Program-made: the position numbers and the translations under genes
DNA from: Octopus vulgaris
Lineage: Eukaryota
Length of the DNA stretch: 64,000 nucleotides
Direction of reading: 5' to 3'
NCBI GenBank assembly: GCA_951406725.2
Contig: OX597822.1
Location: 18,600,001-18,664,000 of the forward strand
Notes under the pieces: generated by a model
Seen by the model: only the letters and a program-made list of their open reading frames with translations
Database searches by the model: none
What the model was told of the DNA's origin: nothing
Part shown: one piece after another, positions 1-13,636 of the stretch
Layout of the letters: every line of letters begins with the position of its first letter
Numbering within the stretch: position 1 is the first letter of the stretch

Positions 1-570
1 GATGATGATGATGATGCATACATACACACACATGTGTATGCATCATCATCATCATTTTTTACCATCTGTTCTCCATGGTGGCATGGATTGGACAGTTTAA
101 ACCAGAGCTGGCAAGTTGAGAAGCTGCACCAAATTCCCGTCTGATTCCCTTTGGTTTTCATGGCTGGATGTCCTTCCTAATGCCACCCACTTTACAATGT
201 GTGTGTTGGGTGCTTTTAACATGTTACACACACAAGCACTTTTACGTAGAACTTATGCAAGTGCCACTTATGTGGCACCGGCATTGAGTACATTTTACAT
301 GGCACCCTCGCAGGACCCTTGCAGGCTAGTCCTCTTCACCTGGGGATGAGGCTTTAACAATTCTGCTGTGGAGGATGGACCTTCTTGAGTACAGCAAGGC
401 ACCAGGTATCCCAATCCTTTATCATCTCATCCAAAAGGGTCGGTGTTCTCAAGTTATCTTTCTGTATATCATCCCATGCCATATGGCCTGGAGGATGATG
501 TTGAATGGTGGGGGGACTGAGAATTGAACCCTGATGAATGCCTACCTCTAAACTAAACTAAATATGTATA

Positions 571-1467
571 TACTAGCTGATGTAGCCAGTAATTCCTGGA
601 AAAGCGGGGTCTTATCCCTTGGTTCCTTTCTCATAATTGTTTTGCTAATCCAATAACAACAATACAAAGTATGTAGTACTTAAAACGGTTTTTGTGCATT
701 TACAGAGAATACTGAACTGTCTTACACAGGATCTGGTTTTTAGGAACTCCCAATAAATTATGAATACCCAAACTGTGAAGTCAGATATGTAATAACATGA
801 AATTAGTTACCCGATAGTAAGAATTTAAATAAAGTAGCCCCGAAAAGGGCTTTAATGCGTTCCCAGTGTATATAGAACTTAGGAGGAAATACCAATAAGG
901 TATGTATACTAAAATCGTCAAGCATGTTATGTAATAACAGGCTTAATCAGATATGAGATAATAACAATTCAAAGTGCATTCCCGGAGAATATTAACCCTC
1001 AGGAGCACTAGTATTGGTATATTCGTGAATAAGTCACTAATCAAAATAAGTGGGTCCATTGTTTAGGAAAATACTATTTACTTGTTTAAGTATTGTACTG
1101 GATAAATTGCAAAAATAACTCTAACAGTTCAAATACTAAGAAATAAGCATACTCAATTTGATTTATACCAAATAATATAGGGAAAATGAATGGGTTATTT
1201 CTCTTGGCTGTTAAAATAAAATATATTAGTTATATATAAGGATCTCTTCCAGTGGTGAATGGGTTATTTCCCTTTGTTGATACAATAAAATATGTTAATT
1301 ATATATAAAGATCCCTTCCAACAATCTGAGTATGCCTTGAGGCTTCTAGACATGAGTTCTACTCACGTGTCAAGTTTCATCAAAATCGATAAAACGGTGT
1401 AGGAGTTAGCCAACAACTCCACAAACAGACACACCTACAGACAGAATTTCCCACATATGTAGTAGAT
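571..1467 (+). mobile_element. Non-autonomous Helitron/Helentron-like (DINE-1/HINE-type) element
   Basis: Starts TACTAGC and ends ...AAGTTTCATCAAAATCG...CGGTGTAGGAGTT...ACAGACAGA...TAGTAGAT, the terminal layout typical of DINE-1/Lep1-like elements. Internal ~70-bp tandem duplication at ~1188-1321. No coding capacity. Confidence 0.6.
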
Positions 1468-2973
1468 ATATAATGTGAGTGTATAGAGATAAAATTATAC
1501 AGGCTGGTATTGTGGTAGTTCTCAGATATATTACAGGTTATGGCTAACCTCATCAAGTAATAATAAGTGTCAATGGTCACTTAGTATTGAGATGAAGTCT
1601 ACACAATGGTATAACCATCTTCTGGTCTTCTTTTCTTCAAATGCAGCATCAATTTTAAAAATGATTGCTGCCAATGTTTTAGATTATTTAAAGTTATAAA
1701 TCTGACTCTACTGCAATATTCATTCTGTACACATTCTCTTTAATTTATCTTATTAAGAGAAACATAGATTTCAATCTGAAACCTGGTTCCTACTGTGAAA
1801 ATGCTTTCAGTTGTTAGGTTGCTCATTTAAAATATCTGCTGTTTGAACATAATTAATGCATTTGACCTTCCAATATTATTTCACTATCAACAATTACAAA
1901 CATGTATTTTGGATCACTTTTAGATCTTTTCTCATCTGTTTTTCTGATACTTTCATTTAACTAATAAAAGATTTATTCTTTTTACAATTTAATTAGATTT
2001 TCACTCTGTGGTTTGTTTAGTATACAAAATAGTTTTTAATAAATTTCTGCAAACTAGTGAAAGTTTGACATGTCTTTGGTCTGTAGCAAGAATAAATATG
2101 CAAAAATTCATTCTAGCTATATCTTCCAAATAGAACAAGGAATTTGAGTTTGGTGTCAGAGTTGTTAACTCTGAAACTAAGAGTATATGAATCTATGAAA
2201 TCATGTCTGTATGTATTTGGTTTTGCTTTGAAATTAGATAGAAGAGGAGGGAGTTATGGAAGAGGGATAGTGACAGGCAGCTACATTATAGCGCAAGACA
2301 GGGTGTGGGCTTATTTGACAGCTTGAGATCAGAATCAAACCAACCATTTTCAATGTTATTCAATCACTCGTAGGGATTCTACTTTCTGTCCTTCCTAAGA
2401 TGGCAAGTGCATGTAGCAAATGATTATATATTAAAACGTAAGCATTGCATCTCCAACTTGTTTTTCAAGTAAGGGATTTTTGTTATTCTTCTGCTTGTCA
2501 CAAATACCATTTGAAGAGGATATGAACGTGATGTCATTCTTTTGTTAAAATGATACCATGCAAGAATATGCAGAATATCAATATACACATGCACATACAT
2601 ACACATATACACTTACATACATATTTACACACATATATACACATATACGCTTAACATATACATACGTACAAATATATATATTCATAAATAAAGAAGTACA
2701 ATAAAGTGTGACATGCAGCCAAAAATTGGGCTTAATAGTGGGTTCCAGTCCAGTATCCTGAGTGTACGACATGGGGCATCAGTCATGGAGTAGGCTAGTG
2801 TATGGAATATGAACCAAATAATAAAAATAATAATGAGCAGAAGCAGGTAATCAGTAGTTTGTAGGCCATACATGCATGTCTGGCTTATATGCATTGAATA
2901 TCATACCTATTTTCTGTTTAATTATTATTATTTCACATATTTACACACACACATATATAGTATGTATATATAG

Positions 2974-3022
<49 letters not shown>

Positions 3023-3024
<2 letters not shown>

Positions 3025-3328
3025 AGGTGCAATGGCCAAGTGGTTAGGGCAGCGGACTCGCGGTCATAGGATGCAGGTTTTGATTCCCAGACCGGACGTT
3101 GTGAGTGTTTATTGAGCAAAAACACCTAAAGCTCCACGAGGCTCCGGCAGGGGGCGATGGTGATCCCTACTGTACTCTTTCGCCACAACTTTCTCTCACT
3201 CTTTCTTCTGTTGGCCTGCTCGCTTAGCCAGCGAGGTGGCGTCATTTGAAGGCTAAAACAATGCAAAGCGCATTGTGAACAGCGATGTGTAGCAAGATCT
3301 GATAGCCTGGTCAGTCAAGGTGGTCAAG

Positions 3329-3332
<4 letters not shown>
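3023..3332 (+). mobile_element. tRNA-derived SINE inserted in (TA)n
   Basis: A box TGGCCAAGTGG and B box GGTTTTGATTCCC at the 5' end; flanked by TA microsatellites. Confidence 0.8.
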
Positions 3333-3390
<58 letters not shown>

Positions 3391-3391
3391 C

Positions 3392-4066
3392 ACACGTGCA
3401 AACAGCTATGCTGCATGGCAGTGAAACATTGGCTATGACAGCTGAGGATGTGTGTAGGCTTGAAAGAAATGAAACCAGTATGCTTCACTGGATGTACAAT
3501 GTCAGTGTCCATGTTTGACAGAGTGTAAGCATTTTGAGAGAAAAGTTAGGCATAAGAGGCATCAGATGTGGTGTGAAAGGGAGACGACTGTGCTGGTATG
3601 GTCATGTGATGCATATGGACAAGGACAACTGTGTAAATAAGTACTGATCTCTAACTGTGGAGGGAACCTGTGGTATGGGTAGACCCAAGAATACATGGGA
3701 CAAGGTGGTGAAGCATGATCTTCGAACTTTGAACCTCACAGAGACAATGACCAAGACCTTTGGCATTTTGTCATGCTTGAGAAGAAGACAGATCAAGCCG
3801 AGCACATACTGGTGTCATGCAAAGTGGCACCCATGCTGGTGTCACCACCTAAACACAACTCAGTGTCATGCAAATGGCATCTCTGTGGTGACATGTAAAA
3901 ACACTCTTGGAGTGGTTGGCATTAGGAAGGGCACCCAGCCATAGAAAACCATGCCAAATCAGACTGGAGTCTGGTGCAGCCTTCCAGCTTGCCAGCCCTA
4001 GTGAAACTGTCCAACCCATGCCAGCATGGACAACAGGCAGTAAATTATGATAATGATGTTGAGATG
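3392..4066 (+). mobile_element. 5'-truncated RTE LINE 3' fragment (family B)
   Basis: Degenerate LHGSETWA...RWYGHVM...GRPKNTWDKVVKHDL coding remnant followed by the family 3' UTR and a GAT-rich tail. Confidence 0.85.
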
Positions 4067-4280
4067 ATATATATATATATAAAGGGGTTTGTATGATTGT
4101 GTATAGAGGGATATATATTGTTCAAAGAAATTCCAACTCTGTTTTTTATGTTTTTTTTACATTTATAATATTAATGTAAAATATAGAATATATAGTATAA
4201 ATAGTATATATATATAGTGAGATGAAATGAAGTATTGGTTGTCTTATTGAATAGATGAAATACTGAATATAAAATATTAA

Positions 4281-4324
4281 GGGACTAGTATACTTTCTTG
4301 CATTATAGCAGTCTTCAAGGTCCC
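4281..4324 (-). ncRNA. Degenerate minimal type I hammerhead ribozyme motif (Penelope pLTR-like)
   Basis: Minus strand reads GGGAC-CTTGAAGA-CTGC tataat GCAA-GAAA-GTATAC-TA-GTCCC: stem I GGGAC/GTCCC, palindromic stem III, one extra T in the CUGANGA box. Confidence 0.5.
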
Positions 4325-4339
4325 AGGTTATGACAGGAG

Positions 4340-4378
<39 letters not shown>

Positions 4379-5531
4379 CGGAGTAAACACATAAATGTGA
4401 AACAAGGTGGAAAAAAGAGTACTCAAATACCAGTGGTAGAGTAATATGCTTTATTACTCTACCATAAAGTATATATATATATATATATATTCATATGTAC
4501 ATTTATGTATGATGTCTTTGTTTTGCTCTGATGGTACCATATAACATCAGGTGGAATATCAACATTCACTTACGCACATGTGCATGCACGCATTCATACA
4601 TTCTCATGTACACATGGGGAGTGCTCCACCTCACAGATGATTGCTGTCTCCTTGTGCTTCCTTATTGTCAGTACATACATATGCACAAACATACACATAT
4701 ATACGTGGCAGGCTTCTGTTTAATTTCACATCTACCTCCAGAGGCTAAAGGAAAGGACATTTGCTCAGGGTGCCATAAAATGGGACTGAATTGAAACCGG
4801 TATGTTTAAAATTTTCACACACAAAGCAGCAATGGGTTGGAAGAGAGTATTGTTTGTCTTCTGCTACAGTCAAACAATGGCATTGAATAAAACAGAAACC
4901 ACGAGTTAGACCAACTTACTCTTATATTTGTAATGCTATTACATTGTGATGGATCTAACATTTATCCTATCTAATCTTGAAGTTTCATTTTCTTTTAAAG
5001 TCTTTTTTTATATTTTCTTCTAGTTTTACAAAGTAAATTATTTTGGAAATTACAAAATAAAGACATATTTTATGTAGTTTCCCTTTCTTTTTTGTATGTT
5101 TATATCAAAAATCTGTACTGTTACGTATTTAACACTATTTTTATTTTTCATTTTCTTTATATATTACACAATATAAAAAGTGAAAACTTTTTTCATTCAT
5201 TGTTGAGGAAATGAGAATCGATAATTTTGTTTACTTAAATTTTAGTCTCATCTGACATTTTATTTAAAATATTTCTAGTCTATTTTATCATTTGTAGTGA
5301 ACTAAAAACAAACAAAAAATAATAAAAGGCATCCTTACTTTGTAAGTTAACAGTAACTTTATGCAATTGAGCCGATGAGGGAGCTTCTAAATGGCAGCTT
5401 TTTCTAATGCTACTTGAAACAACATTTCAAAGAACAGCCAAATCTCTCAAATGACAACTTCCTATTTTAAAAAATGCACACACACACGCATGCATTGGAT
5501 AATGTAACACACACACACTCTCTCTCTCTTC

Positions 5532-5727
5532 ACTCTTTTACTTGTTTCAGTCATTTGATTGCGGCCATGCTGGAGCACCACCTTTAGTCAAGCAAATCAA
5601 CCCCAGAACTTATTCTTTGTAAGCCTAGTACTTATTCTATCAGTCTCTTTTGCTGAACCGCTAAGTTAAGGGGAAGTAAACACACCAGCATCGGTTGTCA
5701 AGGGATGTCAGGGGACAAACACAGACT

Positions 5728-5781
<54 letters not shown>

Positions 5782-5946
5782 CATACATACGACGGGCTTC
5801 TTTCAGTTTCCGTCTACCAAATCCACTCACAAGGCTTTGGTTGACTCGAGGCTATAGTAGAACACACGTGCCCAATGCAGTGGGACTGAACCCGGAACCA
5901 TGTGGTTCGTAAACAAGCTACTTACCACACAGCCACTCCTATGCCT
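5532..5946 (-). mobile_element. tRNA-derived SINE with internal CA/TA microsatellite
   Basis: Minus strand has TGGCTGTGTGGTAAG (A box) and GGTTCAGTCCC (B box). Related copies at ~30895-31730, ~33070-33455 and ~41743-41945. Confidence 0.8.
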
Positions 5947-6103
5947 ACACTGTATAGAATAAAATTACAAGGGACAGCAGTTGGGATGCTGAAAACTGGA
6001 CTTCCAGCCTATTCTCATGGCAGAATGTTTTGGTACGGGAGGCACATACACACACACACACATGCACACACACGCACGCACACACACACACACACACAAA
6101 CAT

Positions 6104-6142
<39 letters not shown>

Positions 6143-6982
6143 CACACATATGCATGTGTGCTCTCAGAAATATACACATATAAATAGAAAGAATGTGAGA
6201 GAGAAAGTGAAGGTGAGAGAGTTAAGGAGGGAATGTGAGAAATATTAAAATACTTGATATCAAATAAGTCATTGTTGAATTACCAATGCCAAGTAGGCAG
6301 CACCAAATTGGCTCTACCAAAATATCTCATACCCAGTGCATTGTATTCTTGATATCATCATTTTATATCTGTTTTCTCTATTTTTGCATGTGTTATAAGA
6401 GTCTTTTCCAGCATAGCATCTTCTTCCCACCTGTTAGTCTTTAGTCATCTCCTTCTTGAAACCCTTTTTCTCAGATCAGCCTTCTCTATTTCTTCTCATA
6501 TTTTCCTTGGTCTTCCTATTCATCGTATCTTCTCGTGTGTTAGTCTTCTGTTATCACTTTTGCAAAGTCAGGCTTCACAACAGCTTCACATGTGTTTCTT
6601 GGTCTCCTTCTTTCACTGGCTCATGCTGCATGGGTCACTCAGTAATTCTTCACCAAATGTTCCTCCTTCAACCTCATGACTTGTCTGTAAAGACCCCTTC
6701 TAGATAGATATACAGATAGACAGTGGATTGTGGTATGTCTTCAACAATAAAAAAGATGATATTCTTGAGGAAAACATGGGTTGAATCACAAGCAAAATGC
6801 CTGTAGGGGTGGTCATGTCAGTCGCTCTCAGGGTCTGTTGAATCCTAAGTCATCAGACTTCACCATGGATGAACACAGATTCACGTGTCATCTGGCTGGA
6901 TGCCATTTATGCCAATATTTCCAATCTATCTATCTACATTTGTCTATCTAACCTTCTATTTGTCTATCTAACCTATTTGTCT

Positions 6983-7092
<110 letters not shown>

Positions 7093-7798
7093 ACAGTCTA
7101 TCTATCTTCCAATTTATCCTTCCATTCATCCATACATAAGGAAAACAAAGGGATCAATGCATCAAGCAGGGCAATTCACAGCAGCAATGCTTTGGAAAGC
7201 AAACTGTGTCTTTGGCCTTTGAATAGCAACTGTGAAAAATCTTGATTTTAATTGTTATTCTGTCTGCCTGTCTGTCTGTATGTATGTATGTATGTATGTA
7301 TGTATAAAACTTCCAGTCGGCCTCCGATCAACATGTGCTTTTTTAAGCTCCTAGAAAATCGCCAAGAAATTTCTGAAAAGCTGTGAAGGCTATTATAAAT
7401 AAAACTCAAAAAAGCCTTGAATGTCTTTCTGAATGACTGAGTATTGACTTGAGGAAGTATAAAGTGAAATATATTAAACAGGAAGAATCTTTTGTGAATG
7501 TAGTAATTATAAACATTGCAAATAATGGATTTTACGAAATTTAAAAATTAACTGCGATTTTTGATTGGAACAAAAGAATAAAATAAAATCAAATCATTAT
7601 CTGAATAACTTTTGAATGAAAACGTAACAAGACATATTTAAAGAAAAACCATCTGAAATACAAAGAAGGGAAAAACAGAAAATATATATATACACAGACG
7701 TATACAACACATGGTATCACTTTAACTTGAAAAGAAGTTCAAAGTCTTCCATTGCCTTGGAAATACCCATCTCTTTGGAAAAACTAGATAAGTATCTG

Positions 7799-7835
<37 letters not shown>

Positions 7836-8167
7836 ATTCCTTGGATATTAGAAGAGTACCTTTAATGATTCTACAAAAAGAAAATAACTGTGTCTCCTTG
7901 TTGTAAATCTGTGTTACCATGTGTAGCAACCATGATCGAAAACCCGCCATTCTACTTCGTAAAGATATCTGTAAGTACATCCTGAATTCTAGAAAAATCA
8001 TACACACAGTTTTTTCTAGAAAACCCATACACACAGTTTTATATATCAGTACGCACCGCACTGCACACAAATATATACACAAAGCGAATTTAAATCATAC
8101 TTTCTTCTTCACCAACTATTGTATCCTTACATCTTTTGATTGTACATTTAACTTAATTTTTTAGTAT

Positions 8168-11100
8168 GGCAGGTCACTTTCGAGTGCTACTGGTAACATG
8201 TAACCCAGTACAACCTGTTGCATGGTCGGGTTGTCGGCGACTAAACTGATAACCCCACCAAGCTTGCTTGGTGAGGAGGGTGTTTATTGGACACCCTGCG
8301 AGACGAAAAACAAAACCCATCAAAGGGCGGAGGATCTCTTGAGAGTCAACAGCCATCCAATAAATGTGTTTTTTTTTCTTCTTAAGGCTTAAGGCTGTAT
8401 CATGCGCGGGGACATAGAAATAATCAGACTGAATACCCGATCGCGTGGTTAAACCATTGGGAGTGAAGGACTCCTAGCCTTTGTTAGGGCATCCTTCTAG
8501 GAAAAGGTAACTCAGGTAACTGGGATAACTCCGACATAAAACCTGCGGCTCAGTGGTTACTTGTTCTTCTTTTCGGATTATGGCTGCTGTTGCTTAGTGA
8601 GTGGGATTGACTCAGTGCACAGCCTTTCCTCACTTTAAAAAAAATCTTTTCGCACCGATATTGCATGATAACTACATTGGATTGATTAAAGTGATTAACT
8701 AATTCATGACTGTTGATAGTGCTGTGAGTCTCAACTGAACGGCTGACTGTAGCCTTAAAAAGCAAAAATCAATGATGTACCAAAACAGTATAAAAATAAA
8801 TGGCAGTAAGGACTCTGGAACTACATTGGCTGAAAGAGTCTGGCCCGGCAGGGGCTCCAGAGCATCACAATCTGAACCCAGCCCTCATCATGCTACTGTG
8901 ATAGAACCAAAGAAAATAATGAATATTGGCTGTTGGAATGTATGGACACTGCTTGACCGCAAGTCCTCTGAATGTCCTGAAAGAAGGACTGCGCTTGTTG
9001 TGAAGGAGCTTCAACGCTATGATCTTGACATTGTTGCTTTATCTGAGACGAGATTACTTGGAGATGGTCATCTTACAGAATCTTGTGGAAAATATACATT
9101 CTTTTGGAAAGGGAGAGATGAAGAGCTTAGAGGAGAAGCTGGAGTGGCATTTGCTGTTAAGACTACTCTTGTGGACAACTACAAGAATTAGGAAAGCAAG
9201 TTGGAAGAATTCCCGATCAGAATTAACGACCGTCTTATGTCCATGAGAATTCCTTTGGCTAAAGGAAATTATATGACTTTGGTGAGTGTGTATGCTCCAA
9301 CTATGCGTTATACTGACGACGAAAAACTTTCTTTCTACCATGCTTTGAAGGGCATTATAAGAAATATCCCTCGGGCAGACAAAGTCATTGTACTGGATGA
9401 CTTTAATGCTAGAGTGGGTAGGGATTTTAACACATGGACTGTAATTGGAAAGCATGGGGTGGGGAAGTGTAATAGTAATGGCATGCTTTTGCTGCAGATG
9501 TGTGAGGAGCTGAGTCTGTGTGTTACCAATACCATGTTTCAACAAAAGAATAAGCTTAAGACTACATGGATGCACCCTGCATCTAAAGAATGGCATATTC
9601 TGGATTACATCCCAGTTAGGGTGTGTGACAGACAGGATGTGCAGTGTGTTCGCGTTCTTCATGGAGCTGAGTTTTGGACTGACCACCGCCTAGTACGTGC
9701 AAAAGTGAAATTAGTCACAAAACATAAAATTCGAGCTGCAGGGATGACCCTGCCTAAAAGACTGAATAGTGTGAAGAGAACTTTACGAGAGGAAATGAAT
9801 GCTGCAGATATTGGAGAGGATTGGCCGACTCTTAAAAAGTCAGTTTATGATATAGGCAAAAAAGTTCTGGGATTGATACAAAGAAAGCATCAAGATTGGT
9901 TCAAAGAAAATGATGAACATATAGATGATTTATTGGCTGATAAAAGACGTACTTTGTCACGCTATTTGTCAGCAAAGTCACAGGAAAGGGAAGTGTTGCA
10001 TAGGGAACTCAAGGACGTAAAATCACGTGTGAGGCAAAAGCTCTCTCAGATGAGGGATACGTGGTGGAGTAAGAAGGCTGACGAGATACAGGCTTTCGTG
10101 TGGGACGCGGCACTGCTGATATGATCTTTTCAGCTAGACAGCTTCAGGGAAAGTGTGTGGAACGGGGTCTGGATTTGTATCAGGTGTTTGTCGATCTGAC
10201 AAAAGCCTTTGATACCATCAATAGAAAAGCATTGTGGAAAGTCCTCCAGAAACTTGGGTGTCCTGAAAAGTTCCTTGCTTTGGTTAGGTCTTTGCATGAA
10301 GACATGAATGGTAGGGTGAATGTTAGAGGGAAGATGTCGGAGCCCATTTCAATACAAAATGGAGTGAAACGGGGATATTCTGGCACCGACCCTATTTTCC
10401 ATATATTTCGCAATGGTGTTCTGTATTGCATTCAGAAACTGCAGATATGGTGTTTACGTCCATTATCGAACCTCTGGCAGCATATTTAATATCAGGCACC
10501 TTGCTGCAAAAACAAAGATATTTACCTCTATCATAAGAGACCTTTTGTATGCTGATGATTGTGAGCTAGTAGCACACACAGAGATTGATATGCAACACAT
10601 TTTGAATACATTCTCTGATGCTTGCACTGCCTTAGGATTGACAGTCAATCTCAAGAAAACTGTTGTCTTGCATCAACCTGCCCCTGGTAAGCAGTATAGT
10701 GTACCAAATATTATGTGAATGGTAAACGACTTGATGTAGTCGATCAGTTTGTCTACCTGGGAAGCACTATTAATAGATATGGCAATGTGTATGATGAAGT
10801 TCCATATAGAATTAGGAAAGCAAGTGTTGCTTTCGGAAGGCTAGAAAAGCGCCTCTGGGGTCGGCGAGACATATGCAGAAAGACAAAGATAAAGGTGTAC
10901 AAGGCATGTGTGCTCCCTTCTCTTCTCTATGCCTGCGAGACGTGGGTCACATATCAATACCACTTTAAACATCTGGAACGTTTCCATCAGATGTGCCTCA
11001 GACGGATCTATAGCATTAAGTGGAAGGACCGCATCAGTGATCTTGAAATACTTGAAGGCTCTCGGTGTGAAAGTATAGAAGCTCTTGTGTTAAAGCAAAG

Positions 11101-11848
11101 GCTCAGATGGAGTGGTCATCTGGTCAGAATGAAGGATTCAAGGATGCCAAAACAACTCTTTTATGGAGAGTTAGCTAAAGGAGAACGACCTCCACATAAA
11201 CCAAAAAAGAGGTATAAGTACTTGCTGAAGGCTTCCTTAAGAGATGCTTGCATCTCTCATGACACATGGGAAGGCATAGCTATTGATCGTAGCAGGTGGA
11301 GAAGGATTGTGCATGAGGGGACAGCCATGTTTAAGAAATCTCGAGTTGCACATGAGAAAGTAAGGAGGGATGTCAGGAAGGGCATCGCTGTTACACTTCC
11401 AGAAGGGAAGGGTCTTCCTTTGATTCTGACATGCAATGTCTGTGCAAGACCTTGCCTCAGTAAAGCTGGACTCATGAGTCATCTTTGTAGTCATAAAATG
11501 AGACAGATGAGTGACAACCTAGCCACTGGTGGTGGTGTAACACACCATACTAATCATATCTGTCGGGCATGTGGAAGAGAGTGTAATTCGGCAGGAGGAC
11601 TTAAACGACATGCAAAGGTACATGAAGCCCAGTTACAACTACAGCCGGCTATTACCAGTAAAGGTTTTAGTTGCCAATTTTGTACAAGACATTGTAGATC
11701 TTTAGCTGGGCTAAAAAGTCACATTCGATCACAGCACCAGTAACAGTTAAGCTTCGTGCAATGGCCATACTCGATAACGAGGGGGCAGCCATAATGTATG
11801 TATGTATGTATGTATGTATGTATGTATGTATGTATGTATGTATGTATG
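8168..11848 (+). mobile_element. Near full-length RTE-clade LINE (family A), inactivated: AP endonuclease, RT, three C-terminal C2H2 fingers
   Basis: ORF pieces 8772-11743. APE motifs IGCWNV, ALSETR, VSVYAPT, DFNARVG, TDHRLV. RT motifs FVDLTKAFDTINR, LLYADD, FVYLGS, RLRWSGHLVRM. Stop at ~9189, frameshifts, and an internal deletion at ~10095 joining KKADEIQAF to GRGTADMIF. Ends in a 3' hairpin and (TATG)n tail. Confidence 0.95.
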
Positions 11849-12697
11849 CATGCATGCATGCATGTATGTATGTATTCATTCATTCATTCATTCATTCATT
11901 TGTTCATTCAAATCTGATTATACACTTTGTCACTGGTAAGTTTCTTGGAAGGAGATGAGTGGATGCAGCTGACTGGGGATTGAACCTGTTTTGGTGACAA
12001 TATGTTTTGGCACTGGAGGTGATCACACACAAACATGCATGCATTCACAAAAATATATGCACAGAGAAAGAGAGAGAGAGGAGGGAGATTTGAATTTACT
12101 AATTAAACATTATTAATATAAACGCTTTCTCTTTTCTCTTACTCATGAAAGAGAAGTGGAGGAGAGAATGAGAGAAAATGCAAAACAGATCATATTAAAG
12201 AAGTGAGCCAAACAGGTCATGCAAAACTGGTTGAGCCAAAAAAGTTCCTTGCTACATTTGATCCTTTAGATAGCAAAAAATATTTTTCATGTAACAGAAA
12301 CTTAGAAACTCTGAGCTGTGATGGAGAGAAGCACCAACATCAAATAATTTAAGTCTTTTTCTACATATTGAGCACTGTTTCTTCCATTTGTGTGTGTAAT
12401 CACGCACACATACACACACACATACGCGCACACATGCACACACATACTTTTGTGCATGAGTATGAGAGAAAAAGATGGAGATGTGAAGAATATAATTTGG
12501 AAACCAATGATTCCCCCTTTATTTAAAAGCTAGCATGAGTCATAAACCTTCCAGAGATTTGGTTGTCAAAGTGATATTCGTTCCAAACCATCTTCTCTAT
12601 AGAATTTGCTATCAAGATTAAAGATACGTAGGTGTATTTATATATTTTTATACATGTGTATATTAATGTATGTACTTATATGTATGTGCATGTGTGT

Positions 12698-12744
<47 letters not shown>

Positions 12745-13094
12745 TGTGTAAAGAACAGGAATTGAGAAGCAGAAGATCTGATAGTAAGAAAATTTCACCT
12801 GCAAAATAAGCTGATGCATTGTGAGATTTCGGCATAAGACTGCTTATCTTGGACTAATCTTCAGATAACAATAAATATAATAAGAGATAGTGTTTGTTCT
12901 TATTGATCAGAAGAGAATACATTATACTTTTAAATACAGTAGTAAGGCCCTGCATACAGAAACATTTGAATACAAAACTATAGTTCTTTTCTATATGTGA
13001 AATGGAAACAGAACAAAATATATTACATGCATTGTGAGGAAGAGGTTTAAAGCAGCCAACCGTATCATTTGGGGATCAGTTTCACTGCATGGCA

Positions 13095-13636
13095 GAGGCA
13101 TAGGTGTGGCAGTGTAGTTAACAAGCTTGCTTCCCAATCATATGGCTTTGGGTTCAGTCTCACTGCACAGTACCTTGAGTATCCTCTGTTTTATCTATGG
13201 CCAATCAAAGTCTTGTGAGTAGATTTCATAAGTGGAAACTGTGTGGAAGCTCATCATATGTATGTGCATGTGTATTGCAGGCATTGGAGATTGGTGCAGT
13301 TCTCTGTCTCACCATCTCCTTTCAAACTATTCAACATGGCAAATATGGTAAATGATGGTGATGATGTAGTATGTGTGAATGTAACCATGTGTTTAGACAT
13401 CAGGTGATGGCTGTAAAGAAGCATCACCGTTCTACAAGCAAGGTCATTTGATCTCAGTTGTCTGTGAAAAATATGTCTGACCATGGAGAAACATTGCCCT
13501 GCTTCAAAACAGGAGAAGGTTAGTGACACCAATGGATTTCAGCTGTAGAAGATCTGCCTCAACAAATTCTGTCTGACCCATGCAAGCATGGAAAAGGGGA
13601 CGTTAAAACAACGATGATGATGATGATGATGATGAT
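13095..13636 (+). mobile_element. tRNA-headed SINE with RTE-derived 3' end and (GAT)n tail
   Basis: Head GGCATAGGTGTGGCAGTGTAGTT...GGTTCAGTCTC; tail GACCCATGCAAGCATGGAAAAG...GTTAAAAC(GAT)n shared with RTE family B 3' ends. Confidence 0.7.

Noticed and set aside
3023-3095. tRNA-like A/B boxes
   Set aside because: Head of a SINE; no complete cloverleaf, and it continues into SINE body sequence.
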